Source of the DNA: Pedosphaera sp.
GTDB taxonomy: Bacteria > Verrucomicrobiota > Verrucomicrobiia > Limisphaerales > SIBH01
Assembly: GCA_031414955.1 (NCBI GenBank)
Contig: JANOQV010000217.1
Span: 1-54,818, forward strand
Direction of reading: 5' to 3'
Length of the DNA stretch: 54,818 bases
Shown here: positions 39,689-49,355 of the stretch, piece by piece
Layout: every line of letters starts with the position of its first letter
How positions within the stretch are numbered: the first letter of the stretch is position 1
The notes under the pieces: generated by a model
What the model saw: the letters and a program-made list of their open reading frames with translations, nothing else
Told to the model about the DNA's origin: nothing
Database searches by the model: none
Translations under genes and position numbers: made by a program

Positions 39689-42475
39689 ATGCGTGCTCTA
39701 ACACTCGTCCTTGCTGTGTCCGCCGGCCTGCTCGCCGTCCCTTCCGGCTTCGCCGCCGGCTACCAATTCCTCGAGGGCTACAACGTGCTCGACACGAACA
39801 ACGCCCCCATTTTTTCCGGCGGCGCGATTGGAACCAACTTCGCCGGCACCGCCGGGCAGGAGCGCGACATCGGGGTGGATTCGGCGCGCGGCATCATCTA
39901 CATCGGGCACGGCTTGGGCTCGGTGCCGGACGGACGCGGCTCCTCCACGGCCATCTCGGCCTTCGTGGTCACGAACGAGGCGCGGCCCGGATCGAATTTC
40001 CGCGACACCGGATTGATCGGCCCGGCCGCCGGCCAGGGGACGATGACCTTCAATCAGAGCCTGGTCTTCGACGTTGGCAGCGACAAGTTGTGGGTGCTCG
40101 GTTCGCCGCTGGGGGCGAATCCCATCCTCTGGTCGGCCCCCGGCGGCACGGTGGGTGGCGCGCCAAACGGCGACGGCATTTCCGCAGTCAACGCGGCGCT
40201 GACCAAGGCCTTTCAACTCGACACCAACCTGCTCGAAGTCGGCGTGTATGTCCCCGGCGTGGCTGGATTGGCGGGGCGCGGCGGGCAACCCCGCGGGCTG
40301 GCCGTGCGGACAGTCCACGGCACCAACACCACCGTCTATGTCGGCATGGGCAATCACGTCCAGGCCTGGATCAACGATCAGTCGCCGGAGGTGACCAACT
40401 CCATCTGGCGCCGGCTCTGGGCCACGCAACGTCCGCCGGCCACGAGCCTCACCACGACCCGCGTCACCACGGCGTTCACCGGCGTGAACGGCCTGGCCGT
40501 GGACGACGATGGCAACTGCTTCTTCAACGTGCAGGGTGCCGGCGGTCGCATCTGGTCCGTGCGGCCGAACCTCATCCTCGGCGTCGCGGATCAAATGTCG
40601 CTCGACTTCAACGACCTGGCCTTTGGCGGCGGCAACGAGCGTGAAATCGTCTCGCTCATCTGGCCGGCCACGCCGCTCCTGGCCACGCCGCCGCAGTCCA
40701 TCACCTTCGCGCGCTTCGACCAGCAGAAGAGTCTCTTCGTCAGCTTCCTCCCGGCGGCGACCCAGCGCGGAATCACCCGGCTGGACGTGGAAGATGCCAT
40801 CGCCTTCACCAACGGCGGAGCCTTCCTGCCCGCCCGCGCCATCAACGGTTTCGGCTCCGCACAACCGGCGGGCGGGCAGGACACCATTCTCGCGACCATG
40901 CGGCTCAAGGCTGGCGTCGGGGTGACCCAGCCGTACGGTTCCACCAGCGGACTCCTTTACACCGACGTCGGAAGTGTCACCAATCCCACCCATATTTACG
41001 TGGACGCCTTCGTCACCGACACCAACAAGGGCCAGACCATTCCTACCGCGGCGATCATGAAAGTTCTCATGGCCGTGGACACGAATCCTCCCTCCATCAC
41101 CACCCAGCCCGCTTCGCAAACTTTGCTCGAAGGAGGCACGATCAGTCTGGTCGTGGGCGCCGCAGGGCAACAGCCGCTGTCCTACCAATGGCAATCCAAC
41201 ACGGTGGAAATTGCTGGAGCCACCGCGTCGAGCCTGCATCTCGTGCCCGCTTCGACCAACCAGTCCGGCCTGTATCGAGTCGTCGTGAGCAATCTTCACG
41301 GCAGCGTGACCAGCGCGGTGGCCACGGTGACGGTGAATCCGTTGGTGCGTTCGCTGGCCATGACGCCGCTCTGGAGCCTGGCACCGGGATCGCGCTTCTA
41401 CCTCGCCAACGACAACAACCAGCGCGGCCTCGCTTACAACCCCAACACCGAGAACCTCCTGCTGGTCAGCCGTTCGCCGAGCAACACCATTCGCGCCCTC
41501 TTTTCTGGCGACGGTGGGGATTTGTACTCGCTCAAGATTGATCCGGCCGTGATCACCGCCGGCGCTACTTTCGACATCAACATGGTGGGCGCGAGTGATG
41601 ACGGAAAAGTTTACGTCGGCAACCTGGCGCAGAGCGTCCAGAACTTTCGCATCTACCGCTGGGACAGCGAGGACTCCGAGACGCTCCCGCAACTGGCCTA
41701 CTCGGGCAATCCCAGCGCGCCCGTGGGCAACCGCTGGGGCGACTCGTTCGCCCTGCGCGGTTCCGGCGGCGACAACAGCCTGCAAATCATCGCCGCCTCG
41801 CGCAGCAGCAATGTGGTTGCGATCTTCACCACGGCGGATGCCGGCAACACCCTGACCCCGACGCTCATCAGCGTGCCCGGCGTGGCCAATGGTGCGTTCG
41901 GCATCTCGGTTGCCTTCGGCGCGGGCAACACGTTCTGGGGCAAGGGCGACAGCGGCACCGGACTGCGCCTGGTGCAGTACGATCTGGCGAATGGCACCGG
42001 TGTGGTGCTCCGCACTTTTACCTTCGGCGTTTACCCGGCCAGCGGCACCGTGGTCGGAGTGGAGAACAGTCTCAACCTCCTCGCCGGCCTCTCCATCGAG
42101 AACCCGGACAACCTGCGCATCTACAATCTCGCGGACCCCGACCTGGGACCGTTCCTCGTGGATCAAGAATTGTTCCCGGCGGACAACGCCAACATCAACG
42201 CCACCGGCGCGATTGATTTTGGTGGGGGCAATGTTTACGCACTGGACAGTAACAACGGCATCATGGCTATGACCTTGGGCGCAATTCCGCCGCCTCCGCC
42301 GGGACGCATCACCATCACGCGTGATGACAACAGCGTGACCTTGACCTGGAACGGCCTCCACACCCTCCAATGCTCGACGAACGTCACAGGCGTGTACACC
42401 AACGTGCCCGGCGCAGTCAGCGGCCACACCGACAACGGCGGGCCAGGTCAAAAGTTTTACCGGCTCACCGACTGA
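39689..42475 (+). CDS. Large secreted protein with an Ig-like domain and a probable beta-propeller region
   Basis: Signal peptide; PPSITTQP...YQWQ...SGLYRVVVSN (Ig); QRGLAYNP; ends QKFYRLTD. Confidence 0.8.
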   Translation: MRALTLVLAVSAGLLAVPSGFAAGYQFLEGYNVLDTNNAPIFSGGAIGTNFAGTAGQERDIGVDSARGIIYIGHGLGSVPDGRGSSTAISAFVVTNEARPGSNFRDTGLIGPAAGQGTMTFNQSLVFDVGSDKLWVLGSPLGANPILWSAPGGTVGGAPNGDGISAVNAALTKAFQLDTNLLEVGVYVPGVAGLAGRGGQPRGLAVRTVHGTNTTVYVGMGNHVQAWINDQSPEVTNSIWRRLWATQRPPATSLTTTRVTTAFTGVNGLAVDDDGNCFFNVQGAGGRIWSVRPNLILGVADQMSLDFNDLAFGGGNEREIVSLIWPATPLLATPPQSITFARFDQQKSLFVSFLPAATQRGITRLDVEDAIAFTNGGAFLPARAINGFGSAQPAGGQDTILATMRLKAGVGVTQPYGSTSGLLYTDVGSVTNPTHIYVDAFVTDTNKGQTIPTAAIMKVLMAVDTNPPSITTQPASQTLLEGGTISLVVGAAGQQPLSYQWQSNTVEIAGATASSLHLVPASTNQSGLYRVVVSNLHGSVTSAVATVTVNPLVRSLAMTPLWSLAPGSRFYLANDNNQRGLAYNPNTENLLLVSRSPSNTIRALFSGDGGDLYSLKIDPAVITAGATFDINMVGASDDGKVYVGNLAQSVQNFRIYRWDSEDSETLPQLAYSGNPSAPVGNRWGDSFALRGSGGDNSLQIIAASRSSNVVAIFTTADAGNTLTPTLISVPGVANGAFGISVAFGAGNTFWGKGDSGTGLRLVQYDLANGTGVVLRTFTFGVYPASGTVVGVENSLNLLAGLSIENPDNLRIYNLADPDLGPFLVDQELFPADNANINATGAIDFGGGNVYALDSNNGIMAMTLGAIPPPPPGRITITRDDNSVTLTWNGLHTLQCSTNVTGVYTNVPGAVSGHTDNGGPGQKFYRLTD

Positions 42476-42643
42476 CGGCGCACGGATCGTGGAGAGATTG
42501 AAAGTGGCGGTCACGGCGCGCGGGGTTTTAACCCGCGGCCCGGTGGAGTGGAGTGCGGTGTCGTCCAGTTCCAGCACCCTCGGCTTGTGGCCTCCGTTGA
42601 CTTCAAATCAGCCGCCCCCGATGCTGCGCCCGCAATTTAATTT

Positions 42644-42931
42644 ATGCCAAAAGTGACCGTGTTGCCCGCGAATGTTTCCGCTGAAGTCGAGCCGGGGGAA
42701 CTGCTGCTCGAAGCCGGCGAGAAGGCCGGCGTGGAGATGGAGGCCGGCTGCTTCAACTGTTCCTGCGGCACCTGCGTGGTCGAAGTCGTGAGCGGCATGG
42801 AGAATCTTTCCGAACCGACACCCGAGGAACTCGACGTGCTCGACGCGTGGAACAAGGACCCGGAATCGCATCGCCTCACCTGCTGCGTGAAGGTCGCGAA
42901 GGGCGAGGTGGTCATCAAAGCCGGTCACTGA
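42644..42931 (+). CDS. 2Fe-2S ferredoxin
   Basis: GCFNCSCGTC...RLTC. Confidence 0.9.
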   Translation: MPKVTVLPANVSAEVEPGELLLEAGEKAGVEMEAGCFNCSCGTCVVEVVSGMENLSEPTPEELDVLDAWNKDPESHRLTCCVKVAKGEVVIKAGH

Positions 42932-42993
42932 TGCGGCCTTGGCGGCCGAGGCTTTACACCAACTCCCTGTGAAGCTTGGTAGAATGCTCCCAA

Positions 42994-43065
42994 GCGCCTC
43001 CTCTTCCGCCCTGCGGGCACCCTCTCCTCCATCAGATGGTGAAGAGGGACGGGGAGAGGAGGCGC
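42994..43065. repeat. Second CCCTCTCC/GGAGAGG-type palindromic element
   Basis: gcgcctcctct...ccctctcctcc...gaagagggacggggagaggaggcgc, between convergent genes. Confidence 0.7.
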
Positions 43066-43103
43066 GTTGGCCGAGTTCTGCCGATTTCAATCCGTAGATG
43101 GTA

Positions 43104-44447
43104 TTACAATTTCCGCGGGGTCATTCCGAGCAAGGATTGCGGCGTTTCAAACAGGATGCCCCGCGCCACGGACAGCGCCTCGGCACGCGTGAACTGCCCC
43201 TGCCCGATCTTCTCCGCCAGCACGCGCGCCAGTTGCTGACGCACGATGACGGCCTTGGCGTAGGTCCACTCCACGCAGTAGGCGTCCGAGAAAAATCCGA
43301 TCTGCTTGTTCAGCGGCACCATGTCGAGACGCTCCGCCATGACCTCGCGAATCGCGCCGGGGAAAAAGTTGTGCCACCAGCAACCGGCCAGGCTGAAATT
43401 GGGCAGCTCGCGGGCCAGGGTGCAGAGCGATTGGTTGGCGTGGCGGCTGGCCAGCAGGCATTGGAAACGTAGCTTCGGATGCCGCCCGATCATCTCGGCC
43501 AGTTGCGTGATCGTTCGCTGGTTCAGCCGGCTGGCCGTCTCGAACGGCAGCGGCTCGGCCCCGAGACTGAATTGAAACACGATCCTCTCCGCGTGTTTCT
43601 CCAGCGCAGTGAGAAAGTGTTCTTGCACGTAGGCCGCGTAGAGGTCGCGCTCCCCGGCCCCGGCGCTGGCCCGGCGTCCCAACGCGGCTTCCATTTCACT
43701 GTCGCCCACCAGGCGGAAGTCGATGTCGGTCGAAAGGTGCGTGGCGGTGGCGAGAACCTGGCGGTAAGGAATCGCGCCGACATAGTGCGCGAGGGCGGCG
43801 TGAACATCGGCCAGCGAACGAATCGTCCGCCCGGTCGCAGGACGTCCGCCGCTGCCGATGGGCGACGGGCTTTCCGGCCGACGGCCCCAGCACCGCTCCA
43901 GTTCGTAAAGCGCGGTGTCGAACTCGCCCCACTGACACCGCGTAAAGAAAGCCCACTCCAGGGCGTATTGCAGCCGGTCATCATCCTCGCCCCGCTCGCG
44001 CCGCGCGATCTCGGTGCCCGTGCGGCGGATGTTCAGCCGGTCCAAAATCGAGTGGTGCCAGGCGCGGTCATCCGCGCGGTCGCGAATTTGAGCGTCCAGC
44101 TTCCGCCAGTTGTCGCGCGTGATCGGCTCCGTCCATCCGTAAAGATCGCGCAGGATAATCCGCACGCCCCAGAACGAGCTGGTGTTCTGAATCCGCGGGA
44201 GAAAACAAATCGCCTCCTCAATGCGCGCCTGGGCCTCCAAGGGCGAGGGCCAGTCCGGATACTGCGTCAGTCGGGCGCCGGAGGGGCAACCCGCCGAGTA
44301 AAGGTCGCTCACCACCATGTGGTAAAGCAGCACGTCGTGCAGCCCGCGCGCGCCGAGTTTGCCGCCCACGAGGTGCGTGTGAATGTCGAGGACGGGGACG
44401 GAGCCGAGGGCGGCCTCCATTTCACGAATGAGCAGGGCGGAATTCAT
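43104..44447 (-). CDS. Amidohydrolase-superfamily protein, uronate isomerase (UxaC)-like
   Basis: DIHTH, CWWH.F, GFFSDAY..EW. Confidence 0.7.
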   Translation of the reverse strand: MNSALLIREMEAALGSVPVLDIHTHLVGGKLGARGLHDVLLYHMVVSDLYSAGCPSGARLTQYPDWPSPLEAQARIEEAICFLPRIQNTSSFWGVRIILRDLYGWTEPITRDNWRKLDAQIRDRADDRAWHHSILDRLNIRRTGTEIARRERGEDDDRLQYALEWAFFTRCQWGEFDTALYELERCWGRRPESPSPIGSGGRPATGRTIRSLADVHAALAHYVGAIPYRQVLATATHLSTDIDFRLVGDSEMEAALGRRASAGAGERDLYAAYVQEHFLTALEKHAERIVFQFSLGAEPLPFETASRLNQRTITQLAEMIGRHPKLRFQCLLASRHANQSLCTLARELPNFSLAGCWWHNFFPGAIREVMAERLDMVPLNKQIGFFSDAYCVEWTYAKAVIVRQQLARVLAEKIGQGQFTRAEALSVARGILFETPQSLLGMTPRKL

Positions 44448-44632
44448 GTCGAGTGCTTGAGGGGAAGCTTAGGGCATCCAGAATTGCCGTCAGCCATTTT
44501 TAGGAATGATCCGATTCGTGACCCCGCCGGCGGAGGTGCCATCCGGAAAGCGGTTGCGCAGGTGCGCCTCGTGCAGAGTGCCTTTCATCCTTTGCTTGGA
44601 GAAGTTCCCCTCCGCGCTATGCTCGGACGTCG

Positions 44633-45703
44633 ATGGATTTGAATCAGCTAGGGTGGGATGCTTTCTTCGCCGGGCCATTCCAGCCTTTTCGGGAGGCGGG
44701 GCTGGCCCCGGCGCGAGTCGTCACCGAGCATCGCGGCGGCTACCGAGTGGTCTGCGCGGAGGGAGAACTGGCCGCTGAAGTGACCGGGCGATTCCGTTTC
44801 GATGCCCCCTCGCCGGCGCATTTCCCCGCCATCGGCGACTGGCTGGCGGTGGAGGTCTTCGCCTCCGAGCAAAAGGCGATGATTCACGCCGTGCTGCCAC
44901 GCCGGACCAAGTTCTCCCGCACCGAAGCCGGCGGCGGCCCGGCGGAACAGGTGCTGGCGGCCAACATCGACGGCGTTTTTATCGTGGCCGCGCTGGGCGT
45001 GGACATTAATCCGCGCCGCATCGAACGCTTTCTCGCGCTGGCCTGGGAGAGCGGCGCGCAACCAGCCGTGGTCCTCACCAAATCCGACTTGTGCGACGAC
45101 GTGCCGGCGGCCGTTCGGGCGGTCACGGCCATCGCCGGTGAAATTCCGGTTCACGTCGTGAGCAACGTCACGCGCAAGGGCATCAAGGCCCTGCGCTCCT
45201 CGCTTCGCCCCGCCAACACGGTGGTCCTGCTCGGGCCTTCCGGGGTCGGCAAGTCCACGCTGATCAACCACCTCTACGGCGACGATTTTCTGCCCACGCT
45301 TCCCGTGCGTGAGTCCGATCAGAAGGGCCGGCACACCACCACCGAGCGGCAGATGCTGCAATTGCCCTCGGGGGCGCTGATCATCGACACACCGGGCCTG
45401 CGCGAGTTGCAACTGTGGGAAGGCGAAAGCGGAATCGAAGATGCCTTCGCCGACCTCGCCGCCCTGGCGGTGGGATGCCGATTCACGAATTGCCGCCACG
45501 AGGCCGAGCCCGGTTGCGCGGTGCGCGCGGCGATCACGACCGGGAAATTCGATAGCGCGCGGCTCGCCAGCCACCGCAAGCTGCAACTCGAGGCGGAACA
45601 CTTCGCCAGCCACAAACAGCGCGCCCAGGCCGACCAACGCCGCCGCCTCAAAAGCGCGGGCCACACGTCGCGCTCGGCCCTGAAAGCCAAGGGCCGCAGG
45701 TGA
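44633..45703 (+). CDS. rsgA: Ribosome small subunit-dependent GTPase A
   Basis: TKSD, GPSGVGKSTLIN, KGRHTTT, DTPGLRE, CRFTNCRH..EPGC. Confidence 0.95.
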   Translation: MDLNQLGWDAFFAGPFQPFREAGLAPARVVTEHRGGYRVVCAEGELAAEVTGRFRFDAPSPAHFPAIGDWLAVEVFASEQKAMIHAVLPRRTKFSRTEAGGGPAEQVLAANIDGVFIVAALGVDINPRRIERFLALAWESGAQPAVVLTKSDLCDDVPAAVRAVTAIAGEIPVHVVSNVTRKGIKALRSSLRPANTVVLLGPSGVGKSTLINHLYGDDFLPTLPVRESDQKGRHTTTERQMLQLPSGALIIDTPGLRELQLWEGESGIEDAFADLAALAVGCRFTNCRHEAEPGCAVRAAITTGKFDSARLASHRKLQLEAEHFASHKQRAQADQRRRLKSAGHTSRSALKAKGRR

Positions 45704-45801
45704 CGGGGGCCAGCACGGCGAATACTCGGACTCGGCCGCGCCGCAGCGTCGTTTTGGCAATTGCAGTGGAAATTGAAAAGCCAACAACTTAGCCTCACGC
45801 C

Positions 45802-47202
45802 ATGCCAGAGAAGCCATTGAATGCCATCCCGCGCCAGGTGCGCGAACAGTACGAGAAGGGCAAGCTCGCCTTTCAGAAGAACAACTTTGATTACGCCATC
45901 TCCATCCTCGGAGGGGTGCTCAAGATGGAGCCGGGTTTCTACGACGCGCGGGAGGCTTTGCGCGCGGCCCAATTCAAGAAGGGCGCGGGCAGCCAGGGCG
46001 GGTTCTTCAAGAAGATGATCGGCGGGGCGACCTCGCAGCCCGGACTGACGAAGGCGCAGCTTTCGTTGCGCAAGAATCCCGTCGAGGCCATGGAGGCGGC
46101 GGAGGAAGTGCTCAACACCGACCCCCACAGCACCGGCGCGCACAAACTGCTCGCCGAGGCCGCGCTGGCGGCGGGCTTCGTCCGGACGGCCACGCTCTCG
46201 CTGGAGATTCTCTACAAGGCCAATCCCAAGGACCGTGATCTGGCGCTGCAACTCGGCGCCGCCTACACCGAGGGCGAGCAAAACGACAAGGCCGAGAAGG
46301 TTTACAACGAGATGCTCCGCCTGCGCCCCAACGATCCGGAACTGTTGCAACTGGTCAAGAATGTCAGCGCCCGCCAGACCCTCAACGAGGGCGGCTATGA
46401 GGAGGTCGCAGAAAGCGGCGGCTCGTATCGCGACCTCTTGAAAAACAAGAACGAGGCCGTCTCGCTGGAGCAAGGCAACCGCGTGGTGAAATCCGACGAC
46501 GTGACCCAGAATCTCATCAACGAGTATGAGGCCCGACTGCTGCAGGAGCCGGGCAACCTAAAAGTGTTGCGCAACGTGGCCGAGCTTTATGCGCAGAAGA
46601 AGGAGTTTGATCGCGCCCTGGAGCGCTACGAACGCATCCGGACCACCGAAGGCGGCACTGATCCTTCGCTCGAAAAGGCCATCGCCGACGTGACCCTGAA
46701 GAAGCTCGAACACGCCAAGTCACGGCTCGACCCGGGCACGCCCGAATACGAGCAGCGCCTGGCCGAACTGGAGGCGCAGAAGCAGTTGTTCCAAATCGAG
46801 GAATGCCGGCAGCGCGCGGAGAAGTATCCAACCGACCTGCAGATTCGATTTGAACTGGGCCAGCACTATTTCAACGGCGGGAAGATCAGCGAGGCCATCC
46901 AGGAATTTCAAAAGGCGCAGAACAATCCGCAGCGCCGGCCCGCCGCCATCATGTATCTGGGCCGTTGCTTCGCCGCCCGGGGCATGAACGACATGGCGGC
47001 GCGCAAGTTCCAGGATGCGCTGAAGGAGAAGCTCACCTTCGACGAGGAAAAAAAGGAACTCATCTACGAACTGGGCAGCGTGCTGGAGAAGATGAACAAG
47101 CCCGAAGACGCCATCGAGCAGTTCAAGCAAATCTACGAGGCCGACATCGGCTACCGCGACGTGTCCGCGAAAGTGGACGCGTATTACGCCTCCAAGTCGT
47201 AG
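45802..47202 (+). CDS. Tetratricopeptide repeat protein
   Basis: Multiple TPR helix pairs; C-terminal DIGYRDV. Confidence 0.85.
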   Translation: MPEKPLNAIPRQVREQYEKGKLAFQKNNFDYAISILGGVLKMEPGFYDAREALRAAQFKKGAGSQGGFFKKMIGGATSQPGLTKAQLSLRKNPVEAMEAAEEVLNTDPHSTGAHKLLAEAALAAGFVRTATLSLEILYKANPKDRDLALQLGAAYTEGEQNDKAEKVYNEMLRLRPNDPELLQLVKNVSARQTLNEGGYEEVAESGGSYRDLLKNKNEAVSLEQGNRVVKSDDVTQNLINEYEARLLQEPGNLKVLRNVAELYAQKKEFDRALERYERIRTTEGGTDPSLEKAIADVTLKKLEHAKSRLDPGTPEYEQRLAELEAQKQLFQIEECRQRAEKYPTDLQIRFELGQHYFNGGKISEAIQEFQKAQNNPQRRPAAIMYLGRCFAARGMNDMAARKFQDALKEKLTFDEEKKELIYELGSVLEKMNKPEDAIEQFKQIYEADIGYRDVSAKVDAYYASKS

Positions 47203-47330
47203 CGCGACGGCGGCGATGGGAGTCAGGGCCGGCCCTCAACCTCGCCCCAGCCATCGACCCATCGGCTTCAGGGCGCAAAAGATTTTCGACCGGGCGGCTT
47301 GGTCACGACCACCGGCGCGCGACGCAGGCA

Positions 47331-48176
47331 TCACGCCCCGCCAGCCGACGCTCGCTCCGCCACCGCCTTCGCCGCCTGAATATCAGCGACGCGGGAGCTC
47401 CCCGCCTCGCGCTCGATACAGCAGGTGCCGCTAAAACCCAGCTCGCGTAAAGTGCGGAAGAATTCGCGCCAAGGGACTTCCCCCGTGCCCGTCCTGACTT
47501 CTTCGCCCCAGGTGCCGGGCGTCTTGGTGCGCGTGCCGTCCTTGATGTGAATCTGCTTGAGCCACGGACCGAGCACGCGCAGCGCTTCCATAGGATCGCC
47601 GTTGTCGTAGAGGATGATGTTGGCCGGATCGAAGTTAACCCCAACGCTGGGCCGACCAAGCCGCTGGAGGAAATGATGGAGGGCCGGGGCGGTCTCCTGT
47701 CCGGTTTCGAAGGCCACATCAATGCACTGCGCAGCGAAAATATCGGCCACGATCTCCAAACGATGCCGAATCTTGGCGTAGTCCGGATTCTGTTCGTCTT
47801 CCGGCAGGAACCCGGCGTGAAGGGTGACGAGTTTCAGGCCGAGCCGAGCCGCCAGCCCGGCCGACTGAAGAACGTGGGCCTGGTTGGCTTCCCAGGTGGC
47901 GTCCGGCGCGAGGCCGCCGGTGGCCTCGATCGTTTTCATGGTCGAGTAATCCTCGCCCACAAAGCCAATCATGCCGGAGACGAGGCGGTAGCCGCTCCGC
48001 GAGAGCAGTTCGCCGACACGGCCCCAAAGCACCGGCTGTTCGCAGAGGGGATCGAGGGCAAGTTGCACAAGCGGGAGGCCAATCTGATCGAGCTTCGACA
48101 GCAGATCGTCGGGCGAGGTTGGTTGCAAAGACCAACTGCACACGGCCAGTCGTTCAGAGAATGGGACGTCCTTCAT
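47331..48176 (-). CDS. Sugar phosphate isomerase/epimerase (TIM barrel)
   Basis: FETGQE, NFDPAN, IHIKD, IERE. Confidence 0.88.
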   Translation of the reverse strand: MKDVPFSERLAVCSWSLQPTSPDDLLSKLDQIGLPLVQLALDPLCEQPVLWGRVGELLSRSGYRLVSGMIGFVGEDYSTMKTIEATGGLAPDATWEANQAHVLQSAGLAARLGLKLVTLHAGFLPEDEQNPDYAKIRHRLEIVADIFAAQCIDVAFETGQETAPALHHFLQRLGRPSVGVNFDPANIILYDNGDPMEALRVLGPWLKQIHIKDGTRTKTPGTWGEEVRTGTGEVPWREFFRTLRELGFSGTCCIEREAGSSRVADIQAAKAVAERASAGGA

Positions 48177-48228
48177 GATAATGCCGGGAGTGAAAGGTCT
48201 GCGGTGAACTCAGGTCAAGCCGCCGCGC

Positions 48229-49287
48229 TCAGTTGAAGACGCGGAAATCGCCGCGCTTCGTCACCACGGCGGCATGTCGGTGCGGATTGCCCCCCGGCGC
48301 GGACTGCACGGCACCGAGCGGCTGGTCGCCGGAATCGAAGAGCTGCCATTCGACGGCGTTGGCGCGCTTCCAAGTTACCAGCAGAGTGCCGTCCGGGGCG
48401 ACGAGGGCGATGGGATATTTGCCGCGCACGCCGAGCGCGACCTCGGGCTTCGCCGTCTTGCGGCCGGCCGCGTCGCAACGCGCGAAGTAAATCTGGCCCT
48501 TTGTTTCCCACGCCGCCACGGCACCGTCTTTAGTCGGGGAGATGAATGTGCCCGTCATCGGGCAGGCCTGCACGGACCAGGGCGTGACGCTTAATTTGGC
48601 GCGTATGAACTCGGCGGAATTCTTGGACTGCGCGAGCAGGAACATGTCGCGGGCGTTGTTCTCCTTGTCGCGATACGCGCAGAGCAAGGAGCCATCCGGC
48701 AGGAACTGGGCGCGCGAGGCGCAGCATTCACAACAGTCAGCGAGAGTGATTTTTTTGGCCGCGCCGAATGTCGCGCCGTTATCCAAGGACTCCTGGAGAA
48801 ACAAACCATCGGCCATCCAGAACACCGCCAGGCGCCCCTGCGCCGTGGCGGCGAGGGAGTAATTGTCGCTCGGCTTGCGGTTGAGATTGCGGGCGGGGAC
48901 AAAGAATTTTTCATCCGCAGCGAGATGAGAATAGAGCACACCCCACTGATCCTTGGGCAGCTTGCGCTGGTAACCGTTCGAGTACCAGATGACGTGCGGG
49001 CGGCCGGCCTGGCCGAGTGCGAGGTCCGGTCCGCGAAACATGCCCGCGTGCGAGGTGTTGAGTTCGGAGTTCACACGCCACGGCGCGCTGAAGCCCGCCC
49101 CCTCGTTGGAGGATCGCGCGTAGAACACATCGTTGCTCACCGTGTAGGCGAGATGAATCACGCCGGCGGCATCCACCTCGGCATCCGGCGTCAGGCCGCG
49201 ATTTGGAACGGACAGGACGGTGACCTGGGCCGCGTGAACCAATGTGGCAAAAGTCGCCAGCAACAGGAGCAGGATGGGTGAGTGCAT
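48229..49287 (-). CDS. Secreted BNR/Asp-box (sialidase-fold-like) protein
   Basis: Signal peptide; SSNEGAGF and SLDNGATF Asp-boxes; CCECC and CPMTG motifs. Confidence 0.7.
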   Translation of the reverse strand: MHSPILLLLLATFATLVHAAQVTVLSVPNRGLTPDAEVDAAGVIHLAYTVSNDVFYARSSNEGAGFSAPWRVNSELNTSHAGMFRGPDLALGQAGRPHVIWYSNGYQRKLPKDQWGVLYSHLAADEKFFVPARNLNRKPSDNYSLAATAQGRLAVFWMADGLFLQESLDNGATFGAAKKITLADCCECCASRAQFLPDGSLLCAYRDKENNARDMFLLAQSKNSAEFIRAKLSVTPWSVQACPMTGTFISPTKDGAVAAWETKGQIYFARCDAAGRKTAKPEVALGVRGKYPIALVAPDGTLLVTWKRANAVEWQLFDSGDQPLGAVQSAPGGNPHRHAAVVTKRGDFRVFN

Positions 49288-49355
49288 GGCGGGAGCATGA
49301 CCATCCGACACCGGCAAACCAGCGTAAATTCCCACCCGCCAGCCGACGGGGCGGA

